Shown here one piece after another: positions 40,417-53,020 of a DNA stretch of 64,000 bases; position 1 is the stretch's first letter, and each line of letters starts with the position of its first letter. The notes below the pieces were generated by a model. The model saw nothing but the letters and a program-made list of their open reading frames with translations. It had not been told where the DNA came from and made no database searches. The stretch is from NCBI RefSeq assembly GCF_006345805.1, contig NC_043012.1, positions 29,884,001-29,948,000 on the forward strand. Direction: 5' to 3'. The translations under genes and the position numbers were made by a program. This DNA is from Octopus sinensis. Its lineage: Eukaryota.

Positions 40417-40829
40417 TAAAATTGCACAAATTACCCAACTTTAATTCCAAATAACAAGATTCTTTATGAGATACAGTAATTGATTGATCATAATCAAAAT
40501 TCAGAGTTGCATCGATACACCAAAATTGAAATCAATCTGAGCAAAATTAGGAGGGGGAGGGGACTCATTTTGCGGATGAGAAAGACTAGATCCAATTCAC
40601 CCTCAATGTAGAATAATTTGGAAGAAATATAGATTAACAGAATTGGTGAGAGTTATGGTAATTGGATTAAAAGGATCTGTGAGGGTTAGTAAAAGTGTCT
40701 GGTTAAAGCTTGAGTTAAACTCTTGTTGCTCTATTCAATTTTACTTTCCTGGCACCCGAGGGTCATAGAGTACCAAACAAAAAGTACCAGAGTCAAAGAT
40801 GAGAAATAAACAATTTGAGAGCTGAGCAG

Positions 40830-41085
40830 CATCATAAAGGGTGTGATACAGAATATAGGCTATGCTGTGGCACAAAGCCAGAAGAAAGCTAGTAACATTG
40901 TGGTATAGGAACAGCACCACAGTATAAAGGCTGTACTGTGAGACAAAGCCAGCAGCATCGTGGCACGAAGGTAACGCCATGATACAAAGGTAATACAGTG
41001 ATGTGACACAAAGGCAGCAGAGCCATGGCACAAAGGCAGCAGAGCCATAGCACAAAGGCAGCAGAGTTATGGCACAAAGGCTGCT
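40830..41085. repeat. 22-bp minisatellite GGCACAAAGGCAGCAGAGCCAT with degenerate upstream units
   Basis: Units at 41005, 41027, 41049 and 41071; ACAAAG(G/C) recurs back to about 40870. Confidence 0.85.
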
Positions 41086-41899
41086 CCACAGTGCAATGAG
41101 TGAAACCTGTGGAAGAGAATAAGGAGGCATTTGAGAAAAGGAAAAGTTTGAAAGAAAGAAAAAGGAAAGAAAAAAGGTGAGGAAGAGAATAAGAAAGGAT
41201 TTCCTCTGAAAGAACACCATAAGGATTGCTGTTTTATTGAAAGTCTTTGGATAATTAACGTTTCCAGAAATAGAACCAAAATTCTTATGTGAACCCTAAC
41301 AACAATCGTTAGAAGAATAACAGAAAGAAAAAAGAAAAGAATAAATAGTTTTTGTTGAAAGTCACCAAAAATCATTGTGTGTGTGAGGAGAGAGAGAGAG
41401 AGAGAGAAAGAAGAGAGAGGAGGTTGGAGGTGGTGTTGGGGACCCGCCTACCCCCTCTCCTCTCAAGCGAGTGGGGGTGGGTGGAGGGGTAGAAAGGCTT
41501 GTAAAAGAAATTGTCTTTTTCAAGTGCTCTCCTTCTCCCCTCTTACAAGGACAGGGGAAGTGCGTGCTTTTATTTATTTATTTATTGTATTTTTTTAGGA
41601 AGTCTGCTAAGTAACAAGTCACCACGATCAGCTTAAATACACACACACATGCGTTGTGTGTGTGACTGTATGTAAATGTATACACATCCATACACACGCA
41701 TGTGTACACACACACACGTATTTACACGGTTAGTATGCTGCCCCACTGATACAAACAATATCTGCAGAACATGGAGAACAACAGTAGTAGTAGTAGTAGT
41801 AGTAGTTGTTGTTGGTGGTGGTGGTGGTGGTGGACGTCCATGTGATGTGGTGGGTTTGAAATGATGTGTGGGCATTCTTCAGATTTCACAGACTACAAT

Positions 41900-42245
41900 C
41901 AAATAATTGGTGAAGAGTGAGGGGAAGGGAGGAGAGAGAGATGCAGAGAGGGGATAAGGAGGGAGGGGTAGAGATGATGGAAGGGAGGTAGAGATAGAAG
42001 AACAGAGGCAAATGGAGGAGGAAGAGGTAAAGAGGGAGGTAGGTAAGGCAGAAAGAGATAGAGAGAGAGAGGGGGAGAGTTAGAGGAAGAAAGGGGTGGA
42101 AAGGTTGTAGATAGGGAAGGATGCAGAGGGGGATAGGTAGAGGTAAGAATGTAGAGATTGAGGTAGGAAGAGAGTGGCATAGAGAGGGAGGCAGGTAGGG
42201 GAAATGGAGGTAGAAATATATACGGGGGTGGGGGGTGGGGTGGAA
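41900..42245. repeat. Polypurine GA-rich tract
   Basis: Almost pyrimidine-free degenerate (GA/GGA)n. Confidence 0.85.
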
Positions 42246-43374
42246 TCAGAATGTATTTGAAAATTTGAACTCACAACCTTGTGGTCAGTAACTTCATTCA
42301 TCAACCTAGCAACCATCACTAAATATCTTCTTGGAGGGCTTTAATGGCTTTAACAAGAATGAGAAACTTTAACATTCATGTTAGTTTGGGTCAAACAGCG
42401 CTGGATTCGAGGCAGAAATTTACGGTTGGATGCTCTTTCTGTTTCTAACCTTTACCTATTTCTCAAATAAGGAACTTTATGTAAATTTACTGACAAGGTT
42501 GCTGAAAGGCAACGAAAAAGCTTTGACAAAACAAAAAAGAAAAATCGAAGGCTTAATGAATGAGTGGTATTGAACCAGAGCGTTAATTATGAGGATTCTT
42601 CCCAGACACAACAGAACTTTTTATTCTACAATTCTTTCAAACTACAAACAGACAAATCACAACCCTTTCTACTATAGGCACAAAGTCAGCAATTACACGG
42701 GATTGTGATTGGTTGATTACACCAACCCCAGTGCATAACTGGTAATTATTTTATCAACTCTGAAAAGATGAAAAGCAAAGTCAACCACAACGAGATTTGA
42801 ACTCAAAATGTAAAGACAAAGTGTTGCTAAGCATTGCGTCTGGTGTGCTAATGATTCTGCCAGCTCAATGCCTTAGAGCAGCATTTCTCAACCGGAGCTC
42901 CCTGCACCCTAGGTTTTCGCAAAAGGTTCCTAGGGGTTCTGTGAGAAAGAGTGAGATAAGCTAATGCTAATTTCATGATCGTAACGTTACTATACATGCA
43001 CAACATATTGGTTATTGTAATATAGACATCATCTTACATAACCCATTATGTTATAAAAAATTATATAACCATTGAAGATATATATATATGTATGTATATA
43101 ATATTTACCAAGTGAAGTACGATGAAAAAAATATGAGAAAGATATGGTAATTTCTTTTTTGTGTAGCGGTTCCTTGAGACATAATTTATTTTAAGGGTTA
43201 AAATAAATAAAGGGTTTGTTTATGCATGTCATAGTCCAGTTTTATTTCAAGATTTCTTGCCAATGAAGAACCAGTTTCTAACCTAGATCCAAGGCTCCTT
43301 CATTAGAATTTCGATATTAACAACAGGGTATTTTTGTATGTATGTATGTATGTATGTATGTATGTATGCAAGTA

Positions 43375-44606
43375 CGAGGGGCGTTCAATAAGTAATACCC
43401 CTGATCTACTTGAAGTTGTTCGATCTAGCTGAAATTTTGCATGTGCAATTACTTATATCTCTATAGATTAAATGGCAAATTACAGCTCTAAACTAATTGT
43501 GGTTTCTGATTTACAGGTGTTTGAACTGAGTCAAGTGTGAAATGGAGTCTGTTGAATGTCGAGCAGTGATCCGGTTTTTGTATTTGAAAGGACGCACACC
43601 ACGGGAGACTTTTGATGAAATGAAAGTAACTTATTGTGATAATACCCCATCATATGACCTTGTAAAACGCTGGCATCGTGAATTCAAACATGGTTGGAAC
43701 TCTGTGGAAACAGCTCCCAGATCTGGTCGCCCCCTTCTGCCATTGATGAGGCATCTGTCCGTCAAGTTGAGGCTGCCATTTTGAAAGATCGACGCATAAC
43801 TATTCGCAAAATAGCCCATGAGGTCAAGATTAGTACCGGGTCTGTGGAAACTATCATTCATGACCATTTGCATATGCAAAAGGTGTCTGCCAGATGGATT
43901 CCCAGGTTGCTCACATCTTTCCAGAAGCAAGAACGCGTTGATTGCTCGAGGATGAATTTGGAGATGTGCCAAGAAGATGATTCAAAATTTTTCAAAAGAC
44001 TGATTACACAGGATGAAACCTGGGTCCATCACTATGATCCAGAGACCAAAGCCCAGTCAATGCAGTGGAAGCACCGTGACTCCCCTCCTCCAAAGAAGGC
44101 AAGGGTGCAGCCCTCCGCTGGCAAGGTCATGCTCACAGTCTTCTCGGACCAGGATGGAGTAGTGATGACAGATTTCCTGGCAAATGGTGCCACAATTACA
44201 GGAGCCTATTATGCTTCACTTTTGAGGAAATTAAGAGAAGCTATCAAAATCAAGAGGCGGGGCAAGATCAAGAAAGGCATCCTCCTCCTGCAGGACAACG
44301 CTCTGGTCCACAACTTGCGTGTCGCCAGATCAGAAGCACAGGCATGCGGCTATGAACTCCTCCCCCATCCCCCTACTCTTCTGACCTTGCCCCTTCTGAT
44401 TTTCACCTCTTCCCAGCCATGAAGTTGTTTTTGAAAGGAAAGAGTTTCCCAGATGATGCAGCCTTGATTTCTGAAGTCACGTCGTGGCTGGAGGACCAAG
44501 CTGGTGTCTTCTACAGAAACGGTCTTCAGAGCTGCATCAAACGATGGGAGAAATGCGTAACTCTGGGTGGTTCCTATGTAGAAAAAGACTAATAACTGTG
44601 CCAAGT
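43375..44606 (+). mobile_element. mariner (DD34D) element; right TIR falls in the assembly gap
   Basis: TA + CGAGGGGCGTTCAATAAGTAAT TIR inserted in (TATG)n; transposase inside. Confidence 0.93.
43542..44592 (+). pseudogene. mariner transposase with two frameshifts (about 43735 and 44372)
   Basis: MESVECRAVIRFL...WIPRLL...TQDETW...LQDNA-(34 aa)-PSDFHLF...YVEKD*. Confidence 0.93.
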
Positions 44607-44706
44607 NNNNNNNNNNNNNNNNNNNNNNNNNNNNNNNNNNNNNNNNNNNNNNNNNNNNNNNNNNNNNNNNNNNNNNNNNNNNNNNNNNNNNNNNNNNNNN
44701 NNNNNN
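44607..44706. other. Assembly gap (100 N)
   Basis: Run of n. Confidence 1.
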
Positions 44707-44729
44707 TAATAATATATGTAATATATATG

Positions 44730-44760
<31 letters not shown>

Positions 44761-44867
44761 TGTATACTATATATATGTATCGTATACATATATATATATA
44801 TATATATATATGTAACATATATATATATTATATATATATATATATATATATGTATACATATATATAC

Positions 44868-44916
<49 letters not shown>

Positions 44917-44925
44917 ATGTATGTA

Positions 44926-45845
44926 CAAGGTGGGACAGAGAGGACAGTCGTTTTTGAAATGGCTATTACTCAGCTCCAAGGGGAGGGACATTTTTTTTTT
45001 CTTTGCGGAGAGCAGCTCACATGTTTGCCTATGACAGTTCAGCGTGAAGAGTAACGTGTCTGTCTCAGCAGTTCAGCGTGAGTTTCGGCGACACTTCAGC
45101 ATTCACTGAAATCAGGCTGTTCCCACCCATAACACAATCTTACGTTGGGTGAATGCACTTCGTATACAGGCTACACTAATGAATTTGGAGACTGGTGGGG
45201 GCGCCACGAATGGTATGGACCCCGGAAAATGTGCAACACATCAGACAAGCTTTGATATGGAGTCTGAATCACTCTGCTCGGAGGCATTCTACTAAACTTG
45301 GCAACGGTAATCAATCAATAAGGTGTATTTTGCATGAAGACCTGCGTTTCCACCTGTAAAAATTGGTCATTGGTAACAGTTGAAACCAAGGGACTATGCA
45401 CAGCGGCTTAACTTCGCACGTCAGATGGAAACAATTTCTGAGGCAAATGACAACATTTTGTTAATGAGTGATGAAGCTTATTTTCATCCCAATGGCATGG
45501 TGAGTCAACAGAACTGTCGTTATTGGGCTCTTGAAAGTACGAGAAAACTGCACGAAGGACCATTGCACAACCTAAAAGTGATGGCCTGGTGTGCTGTTGG
45601 CAAAGCTGCCGTCATTGGTCCTTACTTGTTTGAAGACAATAATGGAAATGTTGTTACTGGGAACTCTGAGCGTTACATCGAGATGATAAACAACTTCTTT
45701 GTGTCTGAATTACGACAAAAACGTATGCCTATTCGACATAGCAGCAGGATGGGGCGACGGCCCACACAGCCAGAGCATCAACTGATGTTCTTCGTCCTCA
45801 CTTTGGTGACTGCCTCATTTCCAGGTTTGCTGACATTCCTTGCAA
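44926..45845 (+). mobile_element. Tc1/mariner DD41D (rosa-like) 5' portion, transposase pseudogene
   Basis: TA-CAAGGTGGGACAG end; SDEAYFHPNGMVSQQNCRYW, VIGPYLFE, QQDGATAHTA, LISRFADIP; truncated. Confidence 0.8.
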
Positions 45846-46530
45846 CAGCTCAGAGAAGCAACTTCTTTGAAGCAGCTTTCAATTATGATCAGCTGTTCAT
45901 TATGTAGATGACACTAGAGTTTCCATTGGTGCAATGACAAATGATTGCATATATTGTAAAGCAGGGAAGTGGCCTAGAGAGACAGCTGCACTGTGTTACA
46001 GTGGTAGAAAGGTTAAACACCCTGCAATCCCCCAACCTCCAGAGCCATTGAAGAAACTGTTGTCATCAACTGACCAAGATTCCAAACACTTCCAAAACTA
46101 AATTAGGTAATACAACTCTGCACTACAGATGACCTCATTTGGAGTCACAAGAGATTTAACTGAGCCAGGATTCATGCAAACTTTCAAGATCCATGGTCAG
46201 ATATATCATAGGATCGGCTCTCTACTACCTCTGTCAAATGAATCACCAAAATCAGCCTTTCATTGTTTATAATCTGTACCTGTTTTTTGGTTAAGAAATA
46301 AGCTAGACAAAATATGTTTTTGAATTTCGTGTATTTACTTTATGTATATATATGATTTGAAAACTTTCTTTTAACATTTCCCATAACGTCAATGTTGCAT
46401 GCTGATATGGGTTGGAGAGTTATTAATGTAGAAAGTTGGTATCTCAGCTACTAGCAGTTGAGACCTGTGTAATCTAGACGGCGTTTTAAAATTTCATTAT
46501 TCTCTGGGCAACGCCGGATATGTCTGCTTG
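45846..46530 (+). mobile_element. Helitron deletion derivative (RepHel N-terminal remnant plus 3' end)
   Basis: IGAMTNDCIYCKAGKW...PPEPLKKLL...YNSALQMTSFG...FKIHGQIYHRIGSLLP; 3' GGGCAACGCCGG...TGCTTG (decayed CTAG). Confidence 0.85.
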
Positions 46531-46743
46531 TGTGTGTGTGTGTGTATAAAAGCAGAATTTAGGCTAGTTGAAATATGTTTGTGACTTATTTCAATTGCTA
46601 AAAGGCAAGTACACTGCAGTTACCGTGGTGGAGGGAAACATCCCTCTTATGGTAAAAAGGTGTGCAAACTCCTGGTTCGTTCAGTGTCGCCATTTATTAG
46701 GAATCCCTGACATTTGTTTTATTCTTAAACAAGAAATGTTAGT

Positions 46744-46784
46744 AGCGACTTCAAGGTTTCGGTCTGTTAAGCCATCGTCGGACT
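46744..46784 (-). ncRNA. Hammerhead-like motif, family C (U4C mutated)
   Basis: AGT-CCGACGA-T-GGCT(taac)AGACC-GAAA-CCTTGAAG-T-C-GCT, followed by AATAAA. Confidence 0.5.
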
Positions 46785-47289
46785 GGCGAAACTTCGAATT
46801 CGCTATCAACATAAATTTTTACCCTACAGAAGTATGGAGCAACCCTACCGATTGACGTAAAATTGCTTTTCTTTTTTGTCTTTTCCCTTGAAGCAACAAC
46901 TCACAGCGGTTGGTGAAGTCCGCTTAATGAGTTCTCTTATATATCAGACTGATGAATCGGTAAAACAAGTACCAGTTATATACTAGGGTTAACTCCCTTG
47001 CTGCATTTAATTTGTTTCGTTTCAAATGAAGAAATTAATAAATGATGCTTAAGTAGAAGAGAAAATAATGACAAAAGCAAGGGAGAGCACTGTTTTAAAC
47101 TATTTAAGTTACCTCCCTTTACTTTTTGTAGTTGTTAGACTGAATTAGTAGATAAAATACGACATGATGGTCACGGAGAGAATGCTTTTAATGACAAGCT
47201 TATGGAAAAGGACTGTCGTAGGACTAAACAGCAATCCAGAGTGACTTTTCATTATATATATATATGTATATATAGTACATTATATATAC

Positions 47290-47647
47290 ATTTTTTTTTT
47301 CTTGTTTCAGCTCAGAGCTGCAGCCATGCTGATGCACCGCCGTTTTGTGCTACACTGTTATTACGAAGAGCCTCCTCTAATATGTGGCACTTGGTGAAGA
47401 ATGGAGTTTGATATAGCTACTCTCATTTGCACCTCTTGCCGTGAGGTAGGTTCATCTGGGACTCTCGACAGGAAGATGTCCAGCTTTGATTTAAAAACCA
47501 CTACATCTACTTTGTGCAAGTTCCTCAGACTCTTTGGGAGAATATTAAAAAGCTGTGGGCCCTTGAAACCCAGGCTGTTGCAGAAGCTGGTCCTGAAGCG
47601 TGATGGCATTGCTTGGATCTTTGGCACTAAGCAGTGTCGTCTCGTTC
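47290..47647 (-). mobile_element. CR1/L2-type LINE 3' fragment
   Basis: NSLGFKGPQLFNILPKSLRNLHKVDVVVFKSKLDIFLSRVPDEP; a short sister fragment lies at 47690-47818. Confidence 0.85.
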
Positions 47648-47814
47648 TAGCATATATATATATATATGCAGTGTTGTCCCATTCTAGCATAAAAAATCGT
47701 TAAAAATGTCTTAGCCCGAAGGCCGCGACCATGCTGGGGCACCACCACCGCTGAATGAGCTACACTAATATGTGAGTCCACCTCTGATACGTGGCACTTG
47801 GTCAACAAGGGAGT

Positions 47815-47850
<36 letters not shown>

Positions 47851-48777
47851 ATTATATAAGGTTCAGAATTTATACTAGAACAAGGCCATCAGTTCACCAT
47901 TTGAACAAACTGCACCTGTGCATCAGAAAACTTAATTTACGTCTTAACATGCGCAGGTTGCAATAGGCAGTATATAGGCCATACAAAAAATAGCTTACGT
48001 AAAAGGATGGCAGTGCATAAATCCCAAATTAGAAACCCTGAATACCGGAAAATACCAGTCAGCGGACACATAGATAGATGTGCTTCAAATGAAAATCCGA
48101 AATTTACAACTTACCCCCTTTACAAATTCAGTGACAGTGTAACCTTCACCCAACGCCAAAATAAAGAACTTTATTTCATCAAAAAATTTAGACCAAGTTT
48201 GAACACCCTGGGCCAGGAATATTAAAACAAAACATTGGTCTTCCGAAAAGGAAAAATGAAATTCTACCACAACCACCACGATCACTACGACTGCTTCCAC
48301 TATCATTACTACTTCAACCACCGTGGTCTCTACTATTGCTGCTACGATCAACAGTCCTCTACTACTGCTGCTACTACGGCCACAGCTTAACTGCTACAAC
48401 CCCAACCACCACCAAGGTTGCCAAAACTACGACCAACAGTAACTGCTGCTACTGCCATTTAAGCCACTAGACATACTTCTGCTGCTAGGACAGCCACAAC
48501 TTAGCCGCCACAACCAATAAGCTGCTGCAGCCCCAACCACCACAACGGTTACTACTACTACGACCAACAATCACTACTGCTGCTACCATTCCATTGGAAC
48601 ACAAGGGAAACAAAAAAACATTTCCTTTTGATACCAGCAAGAAACAATAATGAACTTCTTTACTACACTCAACTGTAATATAGCGATTATACCAACTACC
48701 GACAAAACACCACCACATGGATTCTATTGAGACCAGTATGAAACAATTATGAACTTTTCTATTGCACTTTTTATAAT

Positions 48778-48823
48778 ATTTTTGATAAGGTTCGTTTTTT
48801 TCAAGAACCGAAACATGTAAAAT
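48778..48823 (+). ncRNA. Minimal type-I hammerhead with U3-A8 core, family D (5' pLTR)
   Basis: ATTT-TTGATAA-GGTTC(g t7 caa)GAACC-GAAA-CATGT-A-AAAT; palindrome ACATGT; GUA cleavage triplet. Confidence 0.75.
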
Positions 48824-48947
48824 TCATAAGAAAATTAAAATTTATCTAATATAGTGGCGGTTTCAAACTTCTTTTTTACAAATATATACCCACTCGTATA
48901 CGATGTACTCTTATTATAAATATCTCATCACGTACGAGCTCCCGAAA

Positions 48948-50210
48948 ATGCCTACTAAAACAGACACCAACAACATCTTCTCAATAAATGAAGAGATACT
49001 GAAAGAATTGAAAAGCATAAACTCAAACCTAACAGCAGTTTTAAACAAACTCAACTCAACATCTCGACCTTCTACACAAACTAACGAGGAAACCAAAACG
49101 AAGAAAACACCCTCTGAAATGTACGAGAACCTTGGAAATCTATGCGATACAATGAAGACATTCTTTACAAACTTTACGAAACAAGAGCAACAAAAAAAAG
49201 GACCACATGGGAAGAACCTAATAGCTTCAACATTTCAAATAAAGAACCAAGTCCTCCCCCAATGGAGAATACTACAGCGAAACAGAAAATTCGCTTTTTG
49301 GAAAATGATACAAAATCAGAATAAAGCAGAGATTTACCAAAAGTGGCTTGACTCAACACCCCTAATCATACCCCGCAAATTACAAATAAAACCCTTCTTG
49401 GAAGAACCAGAAGAACAAAGAAGACTTAGAGAAAAAATGTCATTAGAAAAAATGAAGATGGAAATAGAACTACTTAAGCTGAGAGCTAAGACGAATGAAG
49501 AAAAAGTAAAAACCATAGATGAGGAAATCAACGAAGAAGTCATCTAACTAACTGACGATATCAATACTGAAACATTACTAGCACTATGGAAAAAAGAATG
49601 TGAAAAAGAGGAACTCAAGTCCCTCCAACGATGGGAAAAGAGCGCCAACTGGTTCTTGGATTATGAAACCAACTTCAAAAATGAACACATATCCAACAAC
49701 CCCTTCATAAAATTAAGTAAAACAAAACCAAATACCAACAGAACGGAACAACCACCAAGAAATCTAAACACACTCTACACCAGAAAAATACATTTAAAAC
49801 GCACCCCACACTACCTACACCAACCCCAAAACACTTACAGGGGCCCACCACACCATTTCGAGAACCAAAGGGCTACAACATACAATTCTATGAATACAAT
49901 CCACATAACCAACTAAGACTCCACCACCAAACATCTACCCTAGGAACCACCATACCAAACTAACAAACACAAATACACTACGGAACGAAGAAACAACTAC
50001 CAACACAATATACCTGATAAACTAAGACGGAACACAAGGTACAAAAACACACTACAAAACAGAGCACCACAAACTCACTCTGAAAATTATAACAACAGGA
50101 GACAGATAAACAGTATTTTTGAACATAACTATACCAACCATTTTTTAGACCTTACACACAGGAACAGGGACACACGATGGCAACGGACAAACAAAAGAAA
50201 CCACAGGTAA
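48948..50210 (+). pseudogene. PLE ORF1 (about 420 codons, coiled-coil and N/R/Y/T-rich), three in-frame nonsense codons
   Basis: One frame from MPTKTD to ...HFLDLTHRNRDTRWQRTNKRNHR*, interrupted only by TAA 49545, TAA 49914 and TAG 49941. Confidence 0.7.
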
Positions 50211-52467
50211 TTAAAATAATCAATCTCTCGAATAAAGAACTTACACCTAATGAAATAAGCATACTTTCCAAAGGGCTTAAATTTACACCAACCCCTCAAC
50301 GTTCTAATTACTATGAAATGAAAGATGATATTTCGGAATTTTGTAGGAAACTAAGACTTGCCGAGGAATTTCATGGCAAACAAATAGGTAATGAATCAAT
50401 AGCTAGAAACAACAGCAATTACACCCCTACCAAGGGAAAGAATAAAGCCTTAGACCGCTATTGTGACTACATAACTAATTTCCCTTTTCAATTCACCAAG
50501 AAACAAAAACACAGCCAAAACTTTAACAAAAGAGAATGGAACGACCTCATCAAACTAAGAGAAGACAAAACAATAACAATTAAGGAGGCAGATAAGGGCA
50601 ACGCAGTAGTATTAATGAATACAAATGATTATAAAAATTTAGTGCTATCCCTATTAAGAGATGAAACGTATTATGAAAGGGCCCAACAGTATAATCAGCC
50701 AAAAATAATGTATAACCTCAGGACATTAATCAACACATACCGAGGACTCACGGACAAGGAGTATGAATACATCACTAACTTCAAATGCAAATTAAGTTTG
50801 TTCTATAGAATCCCTAAAGTCCACAAAAGCCAAATAATTAGTGAAACATGCAAAATATCTACCGATATACTCATCAAAATCCCTTCACCAAATGATCTTA
50901 AACTTAGACCGATAATAGCAGGCCCAGCATGTGAAACTCACTGCCTCAGCAATTTCTTAGACACACTTCTTAAACCTTTCCTAAAGCACATCAAAAGCTA
51001 CGTAAGAGACGATATAGACATGCTTAACCACCTCCCAAAAACAGTCAATGAGAAAACCCTTCTAGTATCCTTTGACATAATTAACCTTTATTCAAACATC
51101 CCTTACGCCCTAGGAATAGAAGTGATCACTTTCTGGCTAAATAACTACTCCTTTGAACTCCCAACTCGCATAAATAAAGAACTTATAATTGAAGGACTTA
51201 GATTTATTTTAGAAAATAATTACTTTATTTTTGACAATAATTTCTACAGACAAAGATCGGGAACAGCCATGGGCATGTGTACTGCGCCGTCTTTTGCCAA
51301 CCTAGTGATGGGATACCTCGAGAAAATACTCTACTAGAAAACACTCGAGAAATATGGAAACACCTTCTCCACCTATATCCAGAACAACTGGAAAAGATAG
51401 CTCGACGACTGCTTTATCCTCTGGGATAAAAGTATAGAGAAACTTGAGGAATTTAAAATACTATTAAATGGAATAAATGATAATGTACAGTTCAAGATGG
51501 ATCATAACGAAGAAGAATTACCATTTTTAGACATCCTCATTAAGAAAGCCGGCAACAAAATAGAGACAGATATCTATTATAAACCGACAGACTCCAAGCA
51601 GTACCTACCCTTTGATTCATGCCACCCAAGACACACTAGAATAAATGTCCCTTTTTGTTTAGCTAGAAGGATTTGCACTATAATATCAGACACAAACACC
51701 CGACACACACGTCTCCAGGAACTTAGAACTACACTCATAAATAGAAATTATCCACAGCCCCTAATAGACAGTGCAATCCAACGGGCACTTAAATTAAGTA
51801 TAGAAGACCTGAGACAAACAAAACCAAAAAAGAAAGAAAAATTAAAAACCCTTCCCTACATCTCTACACACAACCCACTTAACAATGAGGCCTTCAGCAC
51901 CATACTACAAAGCACAGACCTACTAAAGGGAGACCCAAAGATGAACCGGATCCTCGAAACACACACCATCATTAAAAGTAAACGGCAACCAAAATCCTTG
52001 ATAAGGATTTTAACCAAGCTAAACTGCACTCAACATCACCACAAAACCAGCAGTTAGAATGTGGAAAGCCCAACTGCAGAATCTGCGTCATCTTGGTAGA
52101 AGGTTCAGAATTTATACTAGAACAAGGCCATCAGTTCACCATTAGAACAAACTGCACCTGTGCATCAGAAAACTTAATTTACGTCTTAACATGTGCAGGT
52201 TGCAATAGGCAGTATATAGGCCATACAAAAAATAGCTTACATAAAAGGATGGCAGTGCATAAATCCCAAATTAGAAACCCTGAATACCGGAAAATACCAG
52301 TCAGCGGACACATAGATAGATGTGCTTCAAGTGAAAATCCGAAATTTACAACTTACCCCCTTTACAAATTCAGTGGCAATGTAACCTTCACCCAACGCCA
52401 AAATAAAGAACTTTATTTCATCAAAAAATTTAGACCAAGTTTGAACACCCTGGGCCAGGAATATTAA
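50177..52467 (+). pseudogene. PLE reverse transcriptase plus GIY-YIG endonuclease
   Basis: IINLSNKELT..SKGLKFTPTP, IKEADKG, LRPII, SFDIINLYSNIP, GTAMG, WKR*LDD (Y of YLDD is TAG at 51398), HPRH, CGKPNCRIC, NLIYVLTC..C.RQYIGHT; stop at 51335, frameshift near 52018. Confidence 0.95.
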
Positions 52468-53020
52468 AACAAAACATTGGTCTTCCGAAAAGGAAAAATG
52501 AAATCTCTCCACAACCACCACGATCACTACGACTGCTTCCACTATCATTACTACTTCAACCACCGTGGTCTCTACTATTGCTGCTACGATCAACAGTCCT
52601 CTACTACTGCTGCTACTACGGCCATCTTAACTGCTACAACCCCAACCACCACCAAGGTTGCCAAAACTACGACCAACAGTAACTGCTGCTACTGCCATTT
52701 AAGCACAGCCATACTTACTTTCTGCTGCTGCTAGGACAGCCACAACTTAGGCCGCCACAACCATAAGCTGCTGCAGCCCCAACCACCACAACGGTTACTA
52801 CTACTACGACGACCAACATCACTACTGCTGCTACCATTCCATTGGAACACAGGGAAACAAAAAACAGTTCCTTTGATACCAGCAAGAAACAATAATGAAC
52901 TTCTTTACTACACTCAACTGTAATATAGCGATTATACCAACTACCGACAAAACACACCACATGGATTCTATTGAACCAGTATGAAACAATTATGAACTTT
53001 TCTATTGCACTTTTTATAAT

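Noticed and set aside
52477-52870. Thr/Ala-rich mucin-like frames in the pLTR
   Set aside because: (ACT/ACC/GCT)n triplet expansions in the PLE 3' UTR, with indels differing between the two copies
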